From Octopus vulgaris (lineage: Eukaryota), in NCBI GenBank assembly GCA_951406725.2, contig OX597814.1:135346001-135410000 (forward strand): a stretch of DNA of 64,000 nt, given 5' to 3'. Numbering within the stretch: the stretch's first letter is position 1; every line of letters begins with the position of its first letter. A program made the position numbers and the translations under genes. The notes beneath the pieces are model-generated. The model did not search any database. It saw only the letters and a program-made list of their open reading frames with translations, and was not told where the DNA came from. This document shows, in pieces, positions 39,396 to 53,130 of this stretch.

Positions 39396-40746
39396 CAAGC
39401 AGAGATACCTTGCCTTGCTCAGGATTAAAAGGGCATAGTTTTTTTATTGTCTACTTGTTTCAGTCATGTGACTGCAGCTATGCTGGAGCATCACTGTTGG
39501 TCGAACAAATCAATCACAGGATTTATTCTTTGTAAGCCTAGTAGTTATTCTATCAGTGTCTTTGCCAAACCGCTAAGTTATGGGAATGCAAACATGTATA
39601 TAAATACATAGTGAAAGTAATTGAAATCAAAACCATATAATAGTGGAAGTATTATATCACATTACAAGAGAGATGTTATTGTTTCACTTTTGACATGTAA
39701 TACTAATACTAAAACAATGTAAGAGATAAGAGATTGCTCCAGGCTTGCATTGGGCAAGAAGTTAAAAAAATTTTGGGCCCATGATACTCCATGTGTAAAA
39801 TTTGTGTAAAATTTGAATGAAATCAGTTGTGTAGTTCTTGAATTTTAGTGATGCACACTGTCAGACACACAGACAGACACACACACATTCTCAGTTTTAT
39901 ATATATAGATATATAGATATATATACTCATATGTGTATATATATATATGTTTGTGTGTGTATGTATATATATATATATAGACAGATAGATAGATAAATAG
40001 ATAGATAGATAGATAGATAGATATAAATATATATATTCACATATGACATGTATGTATATTCGTTGTGTGTTTGTGGTGTGTGTGTGTGTATACATACACA
40101 TATATCAAGAGGTAATCTTTATATTCAACTTAACTTGGATGTCTTGTTAGAATGTCAAATATTGCATTATTAGCCTTGAGAGATCCTCTCATATAGGTAC
40201 TTGGTGCATAAAAGCTTGCACAAAGATCGTAGCAGATGAGAATCATTTGTCATGGTTGCCAGAACTCTCATATCACATGATTACATTCTATTGGAAATCA
40301 TCATCAGTGGAAAGCATCCAGTCACACAAGCTAGTCTGATATAATCTATGTGTGTGCTTTTATGCCCCATGTGCCTATATGAGAGAATCTCTCAAGTTAG
40401 AACACTTGGTATTCAGTGTTCTAACATGACTGCAAGATAGAAACAGAAAAAAACAAAGAATTACTTCTGGTATTTTGTTTAGTTGTGGTTATGTCCCTAC
40501 ACACCTTCATGCTTTTCAACTTTTCTTGTCATACCTTATGAGTAATTGGATCATTATTAAAACCTTTGGAAGAGCTGTCCCAGTGTGACTATAATCCAAT
40601 GACTGAAACCAGTAAATGAATAAAAGAATAACAATATTTATTTCATAACAATTTCCAATCAGATCTCTTGGGAAAAAATTGCTAATGTTTTTTTTTCTTT
40701 TTTAATTTTCTGCAAATTAATGACTTGCTGTTTAATTTATTCAAAG

Positions 40747-40833
40747 GCTGTATGCATTAAATGTGGTGTAGATACCTTCAACAGCCAAAAGACACCATTA
40801 TGGTTATGTAAATTATGCAGTGAGAGCAGAGAG
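40747..40833 (+). CDS. RPH3A: Rabphilin-like coding exon 4 (AVCIKCGVDTFNSQKTPLWLCKLCSESRE)
   Basis: tcaaag acceptor, GAG/gtaaga donor, 87 nt, phase 0-0; VCxKCG and WLCKLCSE complete the Zn finger. Confidence 0.93.
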
Positions 40834-42700
40834 GTAAGACTTGCTTTGTATTTCTTGAAAATCTTTGGGAGTACATATTTGTTTTACTGGAATTAGGTGC
40901 CTTGTGTAAAGGTTAGAAAAGTGACAAAAATGGTTCATGAAAAATACCTTTTAGAAAGTTCTAGGAATTTATTGATGAACTATAGTTTATTTTTTGTTCT
41001 CCAATTTTTCTTTACATTTTTTATCATCTCAAAAATATTTATTTAAAAAAATTTTTAAATCATGTTTTCCCTTTCTTTTCCTTTGTTTACCTTAGCTTTC
41101 AATTTTTTGCTTTTTTTCTCCCCTTTTCCCCTTATTTCTTTCACTTTTTTTACTATCTCTTATCTTCTCTTTGCAGTTTGCCTTCCCTTCTAACCCCTTT
41201 TCTTTGTCTTTTAGTAATAGTCCCATAATCAGTTTTCTTTTATTTGAGATACCAGCCAGAGAGGTTTTATGAAAACCCTTTTATTTACATTTATTCTCAT
41301 CCTTCTTGGCAGTCTCAAGACATTATGAAGTAATGTTAAATTTATGTTAGCTTCTACAAAGGCAATACATTTACAAACCTGACTTGTGTAGCAATAACTA
41401 CTGCCAATAAACAATCTTATCTTGCACACCAACAAACAAAAAACTTATTTCAGTTGCAAAACCTGCTTTACATGGTGAATAATGGGTCCAAATAAAATGA
41501 AGTTGCCAGTGATTAGGTAGTGGGTGAGAAGAGGTTGTGTTTTTGTAGATTTCGTTGTCAAAATATTTTCCTTTCTATGCTATATAATTTGTGTTGCCTT
41601 TAACATAACCACTACCTTTACTACAACACTATTACTATAATAACTATTTTAACCATTGTCAACTCTCCATAATATAATACAAATGATAACCCAAAGAAGA
41701 AGTCTATGTAGTCACTTTACCTGTTAGAAATAGATGCTACACCCTGCTCAAATCAGACCCTTAATCTTAAAAACAGCACACATTAGATAAGGCATGTACC
41801 TCTAAAAGGATGGGAAGCATTTTGTTATAGTCTTTTCAAACACAACTTTCCACGAGTTAAACAACAATCCAGAACCTGTAGCTAGAAATAGTAGCCAAAA
41901 CTCCCTCCAATCAGAACTTAATGCCTAAAAAAAAAAGAACCTATGGGATAACTTTACCATGCATAAAGATTGGATGGTCATAGCTGGATGTATGAGCATA
42001 GGTAGGTCTGCTAGGTCTAGTTGACACAGGGCTAGTTTGATATACAAATTAGTTTGATATACAAATTAATTTGATATATAAATTAGATAAGTTTCATGTT
42101 CAAAACTCTTGACCATCGAGTCACTTTATAACTTCTGCTGATTAAAAATATATGTATACTAATGTTTTGAGTTTTATCTCTCCTGCTTGTACTATTAAAC
42201 TTGATATACAAAATTAGAAACTTGTATCAGGCATACTCTGCCAACACTTCTCCAAAGTATCATTCTTTCCTATCTGCAATATGGACAGCTTGTCATGAAA
42301 AAGAAACTTCACCAAACTGTTGATATGCTTATTGTGATCTTCACAATATTAAGGACTATCTTAATCAATTTTCTTTGAAGCTGAGAAGTTTTTACAATAA
42401 AATTTGTTGAAAGTTCAGAAAGCTTTTTCCTACATGTCAGGTAGATACTACTTAAGCATTTAATAAAGTATATCTAGTGAAGTATATCCACCACAATTAC
42501 TCACTCACTTGTGTACTAAGTCAAAGTAAAAGACGTCTTCATTCAATATCAATCGCCATTCACATACTTACCTGTTAAGTATTCTCTCTGTTCTTTTAGC
42601 AATTATTGTTACTACTGTTATTATTACTGCTTTTAATGTTTATTCTTGTCAAACTCATTCAACCATAAGACAAAACACCTTGCAATATTTAGTTATGATC

Positions 42701-42898
42701 AAAGGCAGTGAGCTGGCAGAATCATTAGCACGCTGGGTTAATGTTTGTCTTTATGTTCTCAGTTCAAATTCTATTGAGGATGACTTTGCCTTTCATCCTT
42801 TCAAGGTCAATGAAATAAGTACCAGTAGAGCACTGGGGTTGATGTAATTGACTTATCCTCTCCCCTGAACTTGCTGGTCCTGTGCCAAAATCTGAAAC
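42701..42898 (+). mobile_element. Family B SINE with 18-bp target-site duplication
   Basis: caatatttagttatgatc at 42683-42700 and 42899-42916. Confidence 0.85.
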
Positions 42899-43149
42899 CA
42901 ATATTTAGTTATGATCTCCCAAAGTCTTCTTTACTTTTCATCTTTACTGAGTTGTTAAAATAAAGTATTAGTTAAGTACTGGAATGATTTAATTAACTAT
43001 ACCCATTCCACACATATGAGGCTTTGTACCTTCTTCAGAATCAATATTACTACTAGTAATATCTTCACTCCTTCAAAGTTTTAAATTCTATGCTACTTTC
43101 CTTTTTTCTTCATTGTCTAATCAACTTATATCATCACATAGATATTTAA

Positions 43150-43369
43150 CCCTTTAATATTTAAGCCAGCCATATCCAGCCAAAATATTCTACCTGCTTT
43201 ATGTTCAAACTAGCCAGATCCAGCCTCTTGTATCTACCCTACAATGTAATTCTAAAAATAAATAATATCATCAGGGAAATCTCAAAGCTATGAAATAATG
43301 CAGGATTAATTCAAATCCATATGAATAAATAAGCATTACATTTGACAGGGTACTCTGAATACTAAAGGG
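43150..43369. mobile_element. piggyBac-type MITE (220 bp), family 2
   Basis: TTAA-ccctttaatatt ... aatactaaaggg-TTAA. Related copies near 26380-26587, 29450-29625 and 35253-35429. Confidence 0.85.
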
Positions 43370-44506
43370 TTAATCCTTCCTATCTGGATCAAGGGCTGAA
43401 TCCATCTTTGGTGATGCATTTCTTTTAGTTTCTAAGGAGCAACAAGTGAAAACATTAACTATACTGATCTTACCCAGCTGTCTAATTTTACCATTTTTAT
43501 TAACTCTGGATATGCTATGGGTTCATCCTCACTTCACAAACAAATAATATAACAAGCAACAACATGATATAAACAATTTGCCTATTCAGCTAAATATTTC
43601 AAATGGAACAGTAATTAAAATGGCCTTTGCTTGTGTTCTGCTGTTAAGCATTGTTTAAACGCTGATCTTATCCAATCAATATAAGTGCAATGATGGTTGA
43701 TTTCGATAATAATCCAACTATAATTGCAATTTGAATTTGATTATCTTCAGAGTTTTCTATGCCACATATAATTGACACCAATTACAATGATTTCCATTTT
43801 ATTATTAAAGCATCAAATATGGTTTGCTACTTCCTCTATTGATATACTAAGAGCTGCTTTTAGTGGAGCAAATATTGGTTTATCATATTTCCTTTTTCTG
43901 GGACTAAATGCGGTTCTGAACCAAACATACCTTTTCCTCTATGTTTCTTTTCTCTAGAGTTGATACAATAATTATCGTAAATATAATGAGGTTAATTCAA
44001 TTACTGTTTCCTAATACAAAATGTAACCTATGACAAAAGCAGTAATTTTCTCACTGACTGGTGGGCATTGTAGTGTGATACTCACTCTTTCATCAATCTT
44101 CTATGTTATCCTATTTTCTTCACTTCTCACAACACTGAACTGATATCCTCTGCATCCAGCTCATTCCCTATCTCTAATCATCTGTCACACTATTTTCACT
44201 CAGTGCATTTACCTACACATCCACCTTTTCGGCTCTTCTATTCTTTTCTGTCTCATATTCATGTTGTGCCTGGACCTCATGGAAGCAGATGGCATACCAT
44301 GTATTCACCTCTTCAGCAAGACACCTAATCCTCTCCCTCTATTATAGCTTCTTATTCCTCCAGTTTATGCTCAGCTCAGATGAGGGGTCTTATCTTGCAG
44401 ATACTTGGTGACCTCACTGATGCTGTTCACCATGTGAAAAGCACCCACTGCACTAGGTATGGCATTCAGCTGTAGAAACCATGCCAAAGCAGACATAGAA
44501 CCTGGT

Positions 44507-44760
44507 AAAAAGGTAAAGTTACCTTCTCAAGTCATGCCGACTCATAAGGGCTGGTTTCCTGGATTCCATGGAGTATAAATTCCTCGTCTGGATGGGATGC
44601 CGGTCCATCACAGGATTTCTCACTTTTTCCAGCTGAGTGGACTGGAGAAACATGAAATGGAATTTTTATGCTCAAGAACACATGTTGCATGGTCCAGGAA
44701 TCAAAACCACAACCTTATAATTATGAGTCTGACAGCCTCACCACTAAACCATGTGCCTCC
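44507..44760 (-). mobile_element. Family D SINE nested inside a family C SINE, 14-bp target-site duplication
   Basis: acatagaacctggt at 44493-44506 and 44761-44774; the host SINE resumes after the second copy. Confidence 0.82.
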
Positions 44761-47075
44761 ACATAGAACCTGGTTTGTCTGTTCTTGTTAAACCATCCAA
44801 TCCATGCCAGCATGGAAGAAAAGGACATCATATGATGATGATGATGATAATGATGATGATTAGCTCACTCCCTCCATCAAATTGGTGTTGCCTGAACAGG
44901 TGCATGGTGTACCTCACATCAGGTATCAAAGTGATCACAGAGCAATGTGAGATGAAGTGTTTTGCTCAAGAATATAACACACCATCCGGTCCAGGAATTG
45001 ATACCACAATCTCATGATCATGAATGCAACACCCAAACTACTTGACCATGCACCCTCACCAGTTGTGTATGTACAACACATACAATTAAATAGTGTTAAT
45101 TGACAAAATAAAGATGAAAGCAGTTTCATTTAGAGAAATTAAGCCAATCTGATATATCTAGCTGTTCTGTTTCTCATAAAGGTATTTTAACATGTCCTTC
45201 ACTTCCATCAAAGTAAGATCTAAATTTGTGGCTACATACATAGTGTTTGTGTAGATTGTGAATAAGGATGCTTTGTTAGTTTCTGAGATTTAAAGTTACC
45301 ACACTCTAGATATTCCATATTTTCTGTGAGGTAACTTACTTTCGAAGAGAAATACACATGCAAACTCCCTTTTTTCTCTGTCTCCTTAAAAATAAAAAAA
45401 TAATAAAAACAGTTACTTTGTATCTATATAAAAGCTAAATATATTTTTGATATTTTCAAATATTGGGAAAGTAAAGTTTGTGGAGATAATATGCATTTTA
45501 TTGAGAAAAATAATTTTAAAAATCTCTAAATCTATTTTAAATATTGGAATCGATTTTTATTTTATTTTAGCCACAAGAGATGTTTTTCTTGTTTTCATTT
45601 TAGTTATATTTTCTTAGAATTTCTATTGGTTTTCCTGATAATGATGTTTCTACTTGGCTCCATAAATAATTAAATAAAATAAAGCTGGTACAGATTTCAT
45701 CACTCCCAACACACTTCATTGGCTCTCTCTCCCTCTCTCATAGAGAGAGAGAGAGAGAGAAAGAGAGGGAAATCTTTTGACTTGATTTTCAAGGATTTGA
45801 AACAGATTTTTATTATTTTTCTAGCCATAATTATTTTTTTGCCTTCTAATTTTATATTTCCAATAGGAATTTCTGTCAATTTACTCTTTTTTTTAAAAAA
45901 TGTTATTTTATTATAATTTTTGTTTCCTTCATTTGATATTTCTGCTTGGCTCAACAAATAATCTAATGAAATCAAGTCATTCCATCTATTGTGTATCATC
46001 AGAAAGCTACAATATTTAGAGAGAGGAAAAAAAATTAAAACCTTGCAGGTTTCAAGTAATCATAGTGTTTTGAGTGTCACTTTGAATACAAGAAAAAAAG
46101 TGGGGGTAGAAACCCACTCATACCACAACTACTACCACCACCATGACCTTATTCTTTCTTTCATCTGCATTTATTACTATTTTATTTGCTCCATGAATGA
46201 CATATAATGTAATATTCATAAACATAGTAAACTCCTGGGAGAAATTCTAAAGTTTCACAAAGTTTTGAGATTTCAATCTTTAATACTAACTAACCAAGCT
46301 AGTACTGGGAATTGGAACAGAACTGAAATAAATATTTTGTATCAACATTTCTATAATGAGTGAATTCTATGAGGATTTGATTTTATGAAAAAGTTATTGA
46401 GTTAATGGTCTGTAGTGGAGCAGGGAATTATGGCTAACATTTCTGTATCAGCGATAGAAAATATATTAAGTTTACTAATTTATTAGCTTTGTCTATTGGG
46501 AACATTGTGTATCATGATGAGGAAGCAGATGAAGTGTTGTCTCATTAGTGAACTACAGGTATTGAAGTTGGTAAGGATTCATTTGGCAGTGCAGATATAA
46601 TCTGTACTATTGAATGCTCCAGTAGGGTAAAAGCAGTGAAACATTGTCTGAGAATACAGAAGACTTGGGAAAATAAAAGTATGATAGATCATAGTGAAGT
46701 ATAGTAGATGATAACTGTCAAAGTAGGTGTAGTTTATTGGCAATTTGAGCAGTATTGATGGACACTGGGGAAAAAAACAAAACTTTAGTAATAACTAGAA
46801 TAATAGATAACCAATGAAGCATAATGTAGGATAAATGAAATTGTCCCTAGTCTTGATTTAATAGACAAAGTAAATTGGGGAAAAAGAAAAACAACTAAAA
46901 GGAGCTTGTTTTGTACAATCTATACTACCTTGCCTACAGCATTTTTTTTTTTTTTTTTTGTCATTTAATTTTAGAGTTTTACTCTGTTTTCTACATCCAC
47001 CGAGTTAGATTTTTCAATTTGTTTATCAGTTTTCCTTTGCCATTTTAGAATTTTTTAAAATTATCATTTATGTAG

Positions 47076-47280
47076 GTATGGAAACGATCTGGTGCTTGGT
47101 TTTTTAAAGGAATTCCAAAATATACAGTTCCAAAACATCACCATGAAGGTGGCAAGTTTTCTTCAAATGCAAGAAACCAACTAGAAACTTCAGCTCACCA
47201 GAAAGGTCGTTCTGGATCATTTCGCAGTTATAATACTTGGAGCAGAGGACGGCACAATGGCAACAAGGAAGGTTTTGGAG
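47076..47280 (+). CDS. RPH3A: Rabphilin-like coding exon 5 (VWKRSGAWFFKGIPKY...GNKEGFG)
   Basis: tgtag acceptor and the SGAWFF Rab-effector motif. The donor is uncertain: after 47280 (gtcagg) or 47271 (gttttg), both phase 1. Confidence 0.9.
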
Positions 47281-49407
47281 GTCAGGCATCATCTCACATA
47301 ATCTGAAATGTTTCTACTTCAATTCTTTCTCTCATGATTTGTTCCTGTGAAGGGTTTAAGATATTATTATGTAAAAACAGAGTTGGTACTAGATAATGGA
47401 AGGCAAACTATCTTAGACATGATGCAAGAGCTTCCTAGAATGTCAGCAACTGCTTTTAGCCATAAAGATCAATTCAAATAATTTTGACAGCTTTGACTAT
47501 GTTGAAGATATATGGTTTCTAGGAGATTATTATTACCTGGATTTATATGTAACAAAAGGTTTCTTTGGTTAGAGATAACTCAAAAACAACAGCTATAAAA
47601 TCACAAGAGTTCTAATAGGTATGGTAAATATATAGAAGGTAATTTTGATGAGCAGTACATATTAAGATAAGTGTGGATATGTCACTAGAATTAGCTAGTG
47701 ATAGTCTGCACCAAATTGATTGAATTAAATAGCCACAAGAGAATATATGAAAGTCAAAAGCAATACATAATATTCTCAGGCAGCAATTGAACTACAAATT
47801 CTCTGATGTACTGACAATCACACTAATTAACCAGTGCAATGTAATCAGCCTATGTAAAACAATTTCTATTGACAATTATCACATTACTCGTTTGAATTGT
47901 ATTAGCTAATACACACATATCTACATATATGAGTGCATGCATTCATGTGTGCATTTCTACTCATATTATGCGCTGTGTCAGTCTCAAGTTTCACTGACAT
48001 TTTAATAAGTAGCTATCTGATATTACAGTTAGCAGTTTGGAAGGGAGAAGAAGTAAGTCCAGAGAAATTGTTAAATAATAATGAAACTGATCAGTCTGAT
48101 GCTCATCCCAAGCTGTTGCAAAGTCTCCTCATGGGCATAATTCCACAGTGTGACTATATGGATATGACCTTGCATATTTATCTGTTCACAACCTACACTA
48201 TATTGGTACTCTAGTGATTATTCTCAGGTTATCTATCTTGTACCATTATACAAATGAGCTGCATCAGTTTTGCTTCTAGCTCCTGCAGCTAACTATTGTT
48301 TGCTGTTTAGTGGAAAGAGGTGATTCCTAATGAAATGTTAAATAAAAATGAAGCTAGTTGGTTTGATCTTCAAGTCCAATTACTAAAGGACCATGAGAGC
48401 CAAGAATAAATGCTGCTCAATTAAATACATGTAGATGATTTCTTATATTGATTTAAAATGCAATAGTTTCCATTCATATTGTTTTGTACTAATCTCAGCG
48501 TATTATTTTATGCAAATCTGGATATTTGCATATTGTTGGAGTAACTGTTTTGCTAGGGCTATCTGTTTTATTGTTGGATTTCTTTTCTAACAATAACCAT
48601 CCAACCATGAAATTGCAATTCTTTTTAGTTAGTTATTCTATGGCAAGCAGAGTAACATGCCTTGTTTAAGAGGCTTTTTAATATTATTATTTTATGAGAC
48701 ATGCATTAAATTATCAAATATATCTTTTTTAAAAGCATGGTATAATTAAAGCAATTTTTTAAATTCATAACCTTTGTTGTTGGTAGCACCTTAACCAAAT
48801 AGTATCTTAAAAAATATGAGTCATTTAAGAAAAAAGAAACTTTTCATATATTTACACCTTGGTGTTTGTAGTTTCCATATTTAGGTATATTGATGCCAAC
48901 TTATTTGTAAAGGTGGCTCTAATATGTACAGTGCTTTGGATATAGCATTTGTACGAATGTTCATGATTTCAAACATGTTATGTTCTTGATTCTGAGTAGA
49001 TGATGATGACCTCAAATGGATCATATTCCTTAGTGAGCTGCCAAAATTTTTAACGCATCAGACAAAATGCTTAGTGGTATTTCTTCCATCTTTTACATTC
49101 TGGGTTCAGACACCAGCTTTGCCTTTCATCCATCCAGGGTTGATAAAATAAAGTATCAATCAAGTACTGGAGTCAATGTAATTGATCAACCCCCTTCCCC
49201 TAAAATTGCTAGCTTAAAAGTTTTATTGGGATACTGATGATCTCAAATTTTTGACATTCATATATTTATGTAAAAGTCAGAGATCACTGCTAAAAATTAT
49301 TTAAAGTCAGTTTAGATCTCTTTTGCAGTCCTTGGATATTGTATTTCATTTAAGTATGAATGTATGCAATTTATTTTGTTGTAAGGAATTTATTTTGTTG
49401 TAACTAG

Positions 49408-49476
49408 GAGAAAGCAGTGGTCAAGATGCCTCAAGCAGTTCTGAAGATGAAGTGAGCATTGGAAAACGCACAAAAG
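49408..49476 (+). CDS. RPH3A: Rabphilin-like linker exon 6 (G-ESSGQDASSSSEDEVSIGKRTK)
   Basis: ctag acceptor, AAG/gtaaat donor, 69 nt, open in phase 1-1; Ser/acidic composition fits the linker. Confidence 0.75.
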
Positions 49477-49719
49477 GTAAATAGATAACTAAGCACTGAC
49501 TAGCCAATAGAAAATGGATTGATTGAATAGTGAAATTTCAAATTTGATACAATTCACATTGACAAATTACTTCTGTAGACTTTAACCAAAAAATAATCTG
49601 GTAAAAGAAGTACTTGCTGCTAATGCATGTTATGTTTAATGTCATTTTGCATTTGGCAATATCAGCAGATTTATGGATTTTTTTTCGTTAATCCATTCAT
49701 TCATCCATCCATCTATTTT

Positions 49720-50115
49720 CTCTGCTCGCTATTTCTGGGAGAGTCATATGGGCAGTGTACTTGAGCACCTCGTCCATAGGGTCCTATTAGACTTCCCTGT
49801 TGGGTTCCCAGATTTGATCAACTGAGACTATGTTTATTATCCAACCATCTCATTCTTGGTCTGCCCTTAGGTTTCCTGCCTGTTGGCTTGGCTTGAAGAA
49901 TCTATCTTGTAATTATTTCCTGTGACATTCTAATCACATGTCCATAGTACTGGAGTTGTGACCTCTCAGTGCTGAGAATTAGCAGTTTGACCTGGAGAAA
50001 CTCCCTGATATTCAAGCTATGCAACTTGTTAAGTAACATTATTCCTTGAGACCTTTCAGAGGAACCTCATTTCAGCTGCTTGTATTCTCTTTCAGTCATT
50101 ACTCAACATTCATGA
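49720..50115 (-). mobile_element. RTE-like LINE 3' fragment
   Basis: ILQAKPTGRKPKGRPRMRWLDN preceded by a YYGHVIRM motif. Confidence 0.7.
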
Positions 50116-50918
50116 TATATAGTAGTTTCATTATGTATAAATAATTAATGAATACTTGTGTGTACTGAGAGTTGTATTTTTGAGTGTGTAAACATGATTA
50201 TAATGTCAAATTTACTGAGTTCTCAATTCATTTTGTATTTTATTTATCATATCATGAGCAATATTTAATTTCTTTCAGTTTGTAGAGATATAAAATTAGC
50301 AGAGTCATTAGGGTATAGGATAGAAAATCCAGTCAAATAATGAAATGAAATTCTTTCCCCACTCTCTCTACTTTATTGCTTTGTGATAAAGGCCTTGAGA
50401 GACTGTTCACATCACCATTTTCTGCAGACACGGGAGGATGGTTAGAGTGAGATGCTAGAAACATTGTACTGTAATAAAACTGATATGTTATTGGAACCAA
50501 TGAAGGAAGGACTGTTAGCACAGCATAATAAAACAGAAGTAAAGAATTTGAAAGAAAAAAATTAGTTCATTGAGACATTTAACACCTTTCAACTTTAATA
50601 TCTGGAATGTTATCTGTTGTTTCTATCCATAAAATAGACTGTATTAACCTATGAGTGCTTGTTGTAATTAAATAAGAATTAATTGTTGCTATTATGAAGA
50701 ATGTAGCACAAGCAAATATCCCCAAATGTTGTTTTTGTTGATGAAGCAATGTCAATAATTTAATTTGTTTTAGTATGCAGGCATGGCTATGTGGTTAGAA
50801 GTTTGCTTCTTAGCCACATAGCTTTGGGTTCAGTCCCACTGTGTGGCACCTTGGGCAAGTGACTTCTACAAGCTGACAAATGCCTTGTGAATGGATTTGG
50901 AAACTGAAATAAACTCAG

Positions 50919-50960
<42 letters not shown>

Positions 50961-50967
50961 TGTGTGT

Positions 50968-51003
<36 letters not shown>

Positions 51004-52905
51004 GTCTCCTTGCATTGACATCATGTCGTAGTTGTAAGCAAGTGTTACCATCATGCATGGAGTGTCCTTTATTTCTAATCTTTTATGAAAACTTCACACA
51101 CAATGGCGGTGCCCCAGCATGGCCACAGCTCGTGAGCTGAAACTAGATAAAATATAAATATAAATATATATATAAATATATGCTCATGAGGAAATATTAA
51201 TTTACTCACAAACAGGAGGAAGGTTGATGACAGGAAGGGTATCCACCCTTTGAAAATCTGCTTCAACAAATCCTGCCCAACCCATGTGAACATGAAAAAA
51301 CAGACCGTACAACAACAGTGATATTGTACTGGCTTATTGTTGAGGTGTACTCTTTATGATTTTGTTGTGTTGTGTTTATCATGATATCTGCATTGTATTA
51401 TATGCAATTAGGCATTGACTATTGTTATGTAACATCATGGCTTAGGTGATTGATGCTGGACAATAATTTTAGCAGCTGATATTTTACAACAGCAATAAAC
51501 TCATAGCTGTTGATTAGTCATAGGTCAGTCTTGACACCTACTAAGCAAATCTGTGATTATAAACATTCTAGTCATGATCATTCAAACTCAACTTCACGTT
51601 TTTTACTTAAAGACATGAAAAATAAAATCAAGTGTGTCTTTACTTCACCAAGACAGTCTAGCATGAAATTTGAGTATCATTTCTAGCATGCCAAGCAACT
51701 GAAAGGATGCACTTGCTAAGAATTTTGGTGTGACTGTTGACAGTGTGTCAGCCTTACAATGAAATGTTTAAGCTTACTGCTTCTAGTTGAGTGGGGCTTA
51801 TCTAGACTGCCACGTAAATTGTACCTACATTTCTTAACAGATATAGATCTCTGTCCAATAACGTCAACAGTGAGATCTTTTATTTTTGAGCATACAATAA
51901 CCACACAGTTTATGAGACAAATACCCAAGTATATAACATGACAGATAACAAACCAATAAGAGAACCTTTACAGGGTCACTTGCTCTTCAAGAATTACCAG
52001 CCTTCTTACTTGTTAGTCTTCAAATCACACTTGGTAGTCTTCAAATAAAGAAAAAGAAACATTGGCTAATGTAGTCATAGATACCACAAAAATTGTTGGG
52101 TTAGTCATAGCTGGAGCTTGAATGCCATTCAATCATGTTTGTCCAATCACAATTGATCTGGAGCTAAATAGCAAAATTAAAAGCATGGATGACTAATACT
52201 TCTGCTGAGGTAACTCCATGGTCTGGTCTTCATTCTATGTTATGTGTCGTTAATACCCTTAAGAAGTGTATTAGCATTGAGTCTTCCTCTTTTCTGCCCA
52301 TAGAAATTTGGACTTTATACTTACCTGGAGAAAGCAGTGTCAAACCATTCCGCTGTCATTACTCTGGGGACATTGTAATATCATAGCAAACTATGCCCTG
52401 CACCAAATATACTATAAAGAGAATTATAGTAGTTAGATAAATGTACTGATGATGGCAGTTTCTTTCTGTCTAAAGATCATGAAGAAGGGTGATACATACA
52501 GGTGTGGCTGTGTAGTAAGTAGCTTGCTTCCCAACTACATGGTTCTAGTTTCAGTCCCACTGCCTGGCACCCTGGGCTAGTGTCTTCTTCTATAGCCTTG
52601 GGCTGACCAAAGCCCTGTGAGTGGGTTTGGCCGACGGAAACGGAAAGAAGCCTTATATATACATATAAATATATATATATATATATATATAATTTATGTG
52701 AAATAGAAAGATGAATAATCTTGTTGCAGATTAATCAAAAGTTTAACCGATACCTTGGTAGCAAAAATCACAGCAGAAGACAGCACGGTTGGAGGTACAA
52801 CCTTATGGTGTTGCAACCGTGCGTTGGTGCGGATAATTGAATTTTAATATTATTATTAGTGAATTGAAGAAATGGAGTTGAACGAAGATTGAACAGAAAT
52901 CGTTT

Positions 52906-52998
52906 TATTTCATTCTACACGTGTTTCGAAAGGCACAATTTACCAAATTCCGATTGAATAATGAGACCATATTGTGTCTTTCTCTTCAGGAAGAAATA
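52906..52998 (-). ncRNA. Minimal type I hammerhead ribozyme (mirror copy)
   Basis: Exact reverse complement of 53038-53130. Confidence 0.75.
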
Positions 52999-53037
52999 GG
53001 AAATCCGTTGGAAAAAACAAAAACAGAACGGATTTCC

Positions 53038-53130
53038 TATTTCTTCCTGAAGAGAAAGACACAATATGGTCTCATTATTCAATCGGAATTTGGTAAATTG
53101 TGCCTTTCGAAACACGTGTAGAATGAAATA
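53038..53130 (+). ncRNA. Minimal type I hammerhead ribozyme, PLE type
   Basis: Stem I tatttcttc / gaatgaaata; CTGAAGA at 53047-53053; stem II gaaagacacaat / attgtgcctttc; GAAA at 53109-53112; stem III C-ACGT-G; predicted cleavage after GUA at 53120. Confidence 0.78.

Noticed and set aside
42033-42086. 17-bp unit repeated three times, considered as a CRISPR-like array
   Set aside because: It is a head-to-tail minisatellite without spacers, in eukaryotic DNA.
50428-50446. Microexon candidate after ttttctgcag between exons 6 and 7
   Set aside because: The available donors give 13 or 19 nt, which would break the phase 1-1 frame.
52915-53121. Pair of mirror-image 66-aa ORFs
   Set aside because: They are a by-product of the DNA palindrome, with non-ATG starts and no protein motif.
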